Source: Eubacteriales bacterium (GTDB lineage: Bacteria > Bacillota > Clostridia > Oscillospirales > CAG-272). Taken from it: DNA of 54,949 nucleotides. Where the stretch lies: positions 1 to 54,949 of the forward strand of contig JAZLDE010000106.1 in the NCBI GenBank assembly GCA_045614625.1, given 5' to 3'. Position numbers and translations under genes: made by a program. Of the stretch, positions 50,690 to 54,949 are shown piece after piece (the stretch's first letter is position 1; every line of letters starts with the position of its first letter). Below the pieces are notes generated by a model, which was not told the DNA's origin, ran no database searches, and saw only the letters and a list, made by a program, of their open reading frames with translations.

Positions 50690-53458
50690 TCAATACCGCT
50701 CTTTTCTTCCCCGCATGCGCCAGAGCCAACCGCGCAGCTTTTCCATTGGCAAAACGCTCAGCGCCAGCGCCGCTGTTAAGGTCAGTTCCCCTGCCGTCAG
50801 CGGCATGGTGCGAAGCACGCTGCCACCCAAATATACGAAAACGATCTGGACGATCAGCACGGCTGCCATAATGCCGAGAAAGGCACGGTTTTTCGACAGT
50901 CCCGCCAAGGGGCGCAGGCGGTCGGTGCGGGCGTTGAAGCAATTAAACACCGACGCAAAAATAAACAGAGCAAAGAAGGCGGTCAGGTGACACAGATCGT
51001 TCGGTGTTGCGCGAAAACGGGCGCAGATGGCAGGATGCTTCAAGAACAGCACACAAAGCCCTACGGTATAGCCGCCGAGAAACAGAATTTCATTGACCAT
51101 ATAGCGGCAAAGAATCGGCTCGTCGCGCCGTTTGGGGCGCTCTGCAAGGTAGGACAAAAGCGGTGGTTCGCCCGCGAAGGCAAGGCCGCCAAGCGTGTCC
51201 ATGATGAGATTGATCCACAGCATTTGTACCACCGTCACAGGGGCATTGACTCCGATAAACGGCCCGATCATGGACACGCCGACCGCGCAAAAGTTCATGG
51301 TCAGCTGAAGCGTGATAAACTTGCGGATACTTTTGAAAATGGTGCGGCCATACAGCACAGCTTTGACAATAGAAGCAAGGTTATCATCGAGAATCAAAAT
51401 ATCCCCTGCCTCCTTGGCAACAGAGGCACCGCTGCCCATGGCAAAGCCGATATCCGCCCGACGCAAAGCAGGGGCATCGTTGATGCCGTCGCCCGTCATA
51501 CCGACTACCCTCTCCAGCTCCTGCGACACGCGAACCAAGCGGCTTTTGTCGGTCGGCAAGGCACGCGCAACGACAGCCAATCGGGGAAGCAGTTGCTTAA
51601 GCTGATGGTCGGACAGCGACGATAGCTCACTTCCTGTTAGCACGACGTCGGTTCGATGATTGACGATGCCGCAGGAGCGGGCGATGCGCTCGGCCGTGTC
51701 GGGGCTATCGCCCGTGATCATAACGACCTGTACTCCTGCACCCTGCAGCTTTGCGACCGCATCGGCCGCCTCAGGACGCAGGCGGTCGGACAGCGTCAGC
51801 GCACAGACCAGCGACATTGTTCCAAAGCGACCCTCGGCCAGCGCCGATGCGTCTATGTCCCCCTCGCTCGCCGCCATCAGCACCACTCGCTCTCCCTGCG
51901 AAGCATGCTGCCGCAGGCGGGCCAAGAAGGCGCTTCGATCAAGAGAAAACGGCCGCCCTGATTCGTCCAGATAGGTCGCGATATGAGGCAGCAGCATCTC
52001 GGGCGCGCCGATGATGATCGTCGTTTGCTTGCCCTCAGCCTCCAGCGTGGCCGCGGCGTATTTGCGAGCGCTGTCAAAGGGCAGTCGGTCGATCACGCGA
52101 GCGCTTGGCGCGGCATGATCCAGCACGCTCGTCAACAGCGCGCGGTCAGTCGCGTTGCCTCCGATGGCACAGCGCTGCGGCACCTCACTCGTCTTGCTGC
52201 GTCGTCCTTCGACCGTCGCTTGCCGCACACCAACCGTCGCACCGACAGCATGATGCGCCCCCAACAGATAGTACAAAAATCGCGCTTGCCCTGCTCGTTT
52301 CATCGCATCGATGCTTTCATACGACCCGCCGTCGCCCGTCAGATAGCGGCCGACGCTGAGCTTGCCGTCGGTCAGTGTGCCTGTCTTGTCGGTAAACAAA
52401 AGGTCCATACTACCAGCCGCCTCAATACCTGCAGGCTTGCGCACCAGCACGTGATCGCGCACCATGCGCCGCATGTTAGACGATAACACGACGGCCACCA
52501 TCATGGGCAATCCCTCCGGCACCGCAACGACCACGACGGTCAGCCCCAGCATGAGCGCGTTCAGTAGCGTGTCGAGCAGATAGGGCAGATCGCACAGCTT
52601 CATGCGTATGATCTCGCCCCGAAAGCCGCTGTCGATGACGAAGGCATGGAACAAAAAGGCAATCGCCACCAAAATAGCAGCCACGTAGCCCAGCACGCTG
52701 ATCTGCCCTGCCAGCTTGGACAGGCGCAATTTCAAGGGGCTTTCGCGTGGTTGCTCCTGCACCTCCTGCGAGATGCCTCCCAGCACCGTCGCATCTCCCA
52801 CGCACCGCACCACCATTTTGCCCGCGCCACCCAGCACAGCACAGCCGCGAAAGAGCGACACCTCATCGCTCGGCTCGCCCGTATCAGCGCCGCCCGATCG
52901 CTTGGACACCTCACGACTCTCGCCCGTCAGCGCGGCCTGATCGAGGGTTAATTCGCCCTCGAAAATCACCCCGTCGGCGGGGATATGCTCTCCCGCACCC
53001 AGCAAAACGACGTCACCGACGACAATATCCTCGCAGGGCAGCTCGCACACCTCACCATCGCGCAGCACGCGGCAATGCGCCGACACACCCTCGGCCTGCA
53101 GGCGAGCGAAGGCAGACTCCGAGCCCATCTGCGACACAGTTGAAATGAGTGTTGCGAGCAAAACGGAAGCGGCGATGCCGATGGTCTCCACCCAATCGGC
53201 ACGACGGAACATAAGGAGCAGATGAAGCCCCAGCGCGATGAGCAAGATGCGAATGACGGGATCGTTGAGGTTGGACAAAAAATGCCGCCAAAAGCCAATT
53301 TTCCGTCGCTCGGTCAGGCGATTTTCACCGTGCGCGCGGCGCGAAGCCTCGGCCTGCGCGGTGGTCAGTCCGCGAAAGGTGGCGGGATAGCTCGTTTTTG
53401 CGCTCTTGTCCTTCTCCTTACCAGTTTTTGGCAGTTTGGGCTTGTTTATGCAGATCAT
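50690..53458 (-). CDS. P-type ATPase, cation-transporting (Ca2+-ATPase-like, type II)
   Basis: LFTDKTGTLTDGK (DKTGT), MITGDSPDTAERIA, GMTGDGINDAPALRRADIGFAMG, PEGLP (VAVPEGLPMMV) and about 10 TM helices. Confidence 0.85.
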   Translation of the reverse strand: MICINKPKLPKTGKEKDKSAKTSYPATFRGLTTAQAEASRRAHGENRLTERRKIGFWRHFLSNLNDPVIRILLIALGLHLLLMFRRADWVETIGIAASVLLATLISTVSQMGSESAFARLQAEGVSAHCRVLRDGEVCELPCEDIVVGDVVLLGAGEHIPADGVIFEGELTLDQAALTGESREVSKRSGGADTGEPSDEVSLFRGCAVLGGAGKMVVRCVGDATVLGGISQEVQEQPRESPLKLRLSKLAGQISVLGYVAAILVAIAFLFHAFVIDSGFRGEIIRMKLCDLPYLLDTLLNALMLGLTVVVVAVPEGLPMMVAVVLSSNMRRMVRDHVLVRKPAGIEAAGSMDLLFTDKTGTLTDGKLSVGRYLTGDGGSYESIDAMKRAGQARFLYYLLGAHHAVGATVGVRQATVEGRRSKTSEVPQRCAIGGNATDRALLTSVLDHAAPSARVIDRLPFDSARKYAAATLEAEGKQTTIIIGAPEMLLPHIATYLDESGRPFSLDRSAFLARLRQHASQGERVVLMAASEGDIDASALAEGRFGTMSLVCALTLSDRLRPEAADAVAKLQGAGVQVVMITGDSPDTAERIARSCGIVNHRTDVVLTGSELSSLSDHQLKQLLPRLAVVARALPTDKSRLVRVSQELERVVGMTGDGINDAPALRRADIGFAMGSGASVAKEAGDILILDDNLASIVKAVLYGRTIFKSIRKFITLQLTMNFCAVGVSMIGPFIGVNAPVTVVQMLWINLIMDTLGGLAFAGEPPLLSYLAERPKRRDEPILCRYMVNEILFLGGYTVGLCVLFLKHPAICARFRATPNDLCHLTAFFALFIFASVFNCFNARTDRLRPLAGLSKNRAFLGIMAAVLIVQIVFVYLGGSVLRTMPLTAGELTLTAALALSVLPMEKLRGWLWRMRGRKERY

Positions 53459-53710
53459 GGGGGTTCCTCCGGTGTTTTTCCTTTTAGATTACTATATGAA
53501 ACCGTTGGAGGAGGTATTCAAAAATTCAAGCGTCTTCTGCTCGCGTCACGACAAACAAAAAAAGAAGGCCAAAAGCGGACTTCTCATAAGGAAGTTTGAT
53601 ATTATTTTGTAGGGGCGTTCATCGAACGCCCGCGGGCGACCGCCGAGCTTGCTCGGATATGATCGCCCCTACGTATAAACAAATTTGATACGCAGAAAAC
53701 AAAGATTGAC

Positions 53711-53745
53711 CCCGACAGATTTTTTAAAACGTCTGTCGGGGTTAG
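53711..53745. terminator. hairpin terminator after the low-GC lipoprotein gene
   Basis: CCCCGACAGATTTTTTAAAACGTCTGTCGGGG with T-rich flanks. Confidence 0.65.
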
Positions 53746-53772
53746 TTTTATTCTGTTCGACAAATTGAAATT

Positions 53773-54459
53773 TTACTGTGCATCTTTGTTGAATGAATTG
53801 CAATGGAAACTTCCATTGCTGTAGGTCAGTTCTTCGCCATCAATGTATATCGCTCCGTTTTTACATTCAAAGGAAAATCTTGGTTCGTTCAATATCATCC
53901 TTGATATAACTTGAATTTGTTCAAAAGAAGTCAAGTCAAAAATATCGACACTCAAAAAAGACAGACCAGAACCCGATGTGTTATAGGACACAAGGTCTTT
54001 TGTGCCGTTGTTGTCATAATCCCACAAGCATAATTGATGGTGATATCCACCAATAGTATCATATCTGTAAATCGTATGATTTACCATCAAAAAGCAATGT
54101 GCGTCACTCACCCAAAATACTTCAATATCAGATGTTTCATCAGAAATGCTTTTGGGGGTAATGTTCACAGTTCGGGTAATGTTATCCGTGTTGTAGTTAT
54201 AATCCTTTTCACCGCCACGGATGTATCCATCGCTTTTCAAATTTTCCAGAAATTCATCACAGTGAAGATTATTCGTCGTATTATAATCCGGAATAAAATA
54301 GCCTGTTTCGCCGTGTGTGATTGGGCTTGGGTTGTTGGTTTCATTTGAAGTACTTGCCTCTGTTCTTCTATCCGAAGAGCAACCCGCCAATGCCAGCATA
54401 AATGTCATCGATAAAATAAATGCTATAAGTTTTTTCACTTTGAAAGCCTCCTTTATCAA
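53773..54459 (-). CDS. hypothetical lipoprotein, low-GC (probably acquired)
   Basis: The signal peptide plus lipobox reads KKLIAFILSMTFMLALAGCSS. By hand count GC is about 32-38%, against about 57% in the neighbouring genes. Composition is Asn/Tyr/Ile-rich. No family recognised. Confidence 0.65.
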   Translation of the reverse strand: MIKEAFKVKKLIAFILSMTFMLALAGCSSDRRTEASTSNETNNPSPITHGETGYFIPDYNTTNNLHCDEFLENLKSDGYIRGGEKDYNYNTDNITRTVNITPKSISDETSDIEVFWVSDAHCFLMVNHTIYRYDTIGGYHHQLCLWDYDNNGTKDLVSYNTSGSGLSFLSVDIFDLTSFEQIQVISRMILNEPRFSFECKNGAIYIDGEELTYSNGSFHCNSFNKDAQ

Positions 54460-54469
54460 ATCCTTATTT

Positions 54470-54900
54470 ATCGTTCTGTTTTATCACACCAGTTTCGCCT
54501 TTGTATTACGGCGTTGCAAGCAACGCGGGCATAGGGCAAAGCCCATACCCCTCTGGTTGCGCGCACCCAAAGGCTCTCCCCTTGGGAGAGCTCCCGCGAT
54601 AGCGGGTGAGAGGGTAGTCGTTGCAACAATTTGCCCTCTCCGTCGGCTACGCCGCCACCGTCTCGCCGCGGCTCGGTCACGCTCGGGTTCTGACACCACA
54701 CCGTGGTGTCATTCATTCCCCTCGCGCCGCTTCGCTACCCAAAGGGAGAGGCTTTTACGCTACCACCATTATAACACAAATCGGCAGAGAAAACAAGTTC
54801 TCTGCCGAAATTTATGTGTGTCCGTAGTTTTTGTTTTGCGTATTTCAGCGGGCGATTCGTGAATCCCCCCTACAAAATACAAACATCCTTATGAGAAGTA
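54470..54900. repeat. hairpin-rich non-coding repeat region at the right edge
   Basis: Contains CTCCCCTTGGGAGAGCTCCCGCGATAGCGGGTGAGAGGG, CACCACACCGTGGTGTC, CGGCAGAGAAAACAAGTTCTCTGCCG and GCGGGCGATTCGTGAATCCCCCCTAC (the reverse-complement form of the GTAGGGG-hairpin motif also seen at 53611-53665). The track ORFs here look non-coding. Confidence 0.6.
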
Positions 54901-54949
54901 GCCCAAAGGCAGGTTTTTCGTTTGTTGGTGACCTGTACGGGAACATGCT

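Overview
About 55 kb of a high-GC chromosome (roughly 55-60% GC by eye) of Firmicutes/Clostridia type. AGGAGG ribosome-binding sites, a bile-salt hydrolase, FMN-riboswitch/RibU, a BspA-type LRR adhesin and GTAGGG-type hairpin repeats suggest a gut Oscillospirales-like anaerobe, but that taxon is only a guess. I call about 40 CDS, nearly all on the minus strand:
- aromatic amino-acid genes (leader, tyrA, aroF, then pheA, aroB)
- a surface protein and an MFS::GH2 fusion
- an XRE regulator with a divergent membrane protein
- two GDPD esterases, a choloylglycine (bile-salt) hydrolase, an RDD protein, MATE and DMT exporters, and a Gfo/Idh/MocA oxidoreductase
- a membrane-anchored XRE protein and a YwaF-like protein
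- tRNA-Asp/Phe/Gly and tRNA-Cys
- an OmpR-type response regulator with its histidine kinase
- a small-multidrug-export-family protein, and an FMN riboswitch with ribU
- two tandem orphan solute-binding lipoproteins
- the str operon (rpsL-rpsG-fusA-tuf) and tRNA-Arg
- a MoxR/DUF58/transglutaminase operon
- a 2183-aa LRR/MucBP-like surface protein, a P-type ATPase and a low-GC lipoprotein

I found no CRISPR array, rRNA, transposase, integrase or recognisable defence genes.

The most unusual signal is non-coding. Almost every long intergenic gap (by eye about 4.5-5 kb, or 8-9% of the window) is filled by one family of mosaic, hairpin-dense repeats. Their stems show compensatory base changes between copies, modules are nested inside one another, and decayed tRNA 3' fragments lie next to them.

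Other items worth checking:
- a Phe/Tyr-rich leader ORF plus terminator upstream of tyrA, which looks like a ribosome-mediated attenuator
- a degenerate P-loop (AHIAAGNT) in the str-operon EF-G
- a response regulator whose phospho-acceptor Asp is Gly
- the MFS::GH2 transporter-hydrolase fusion
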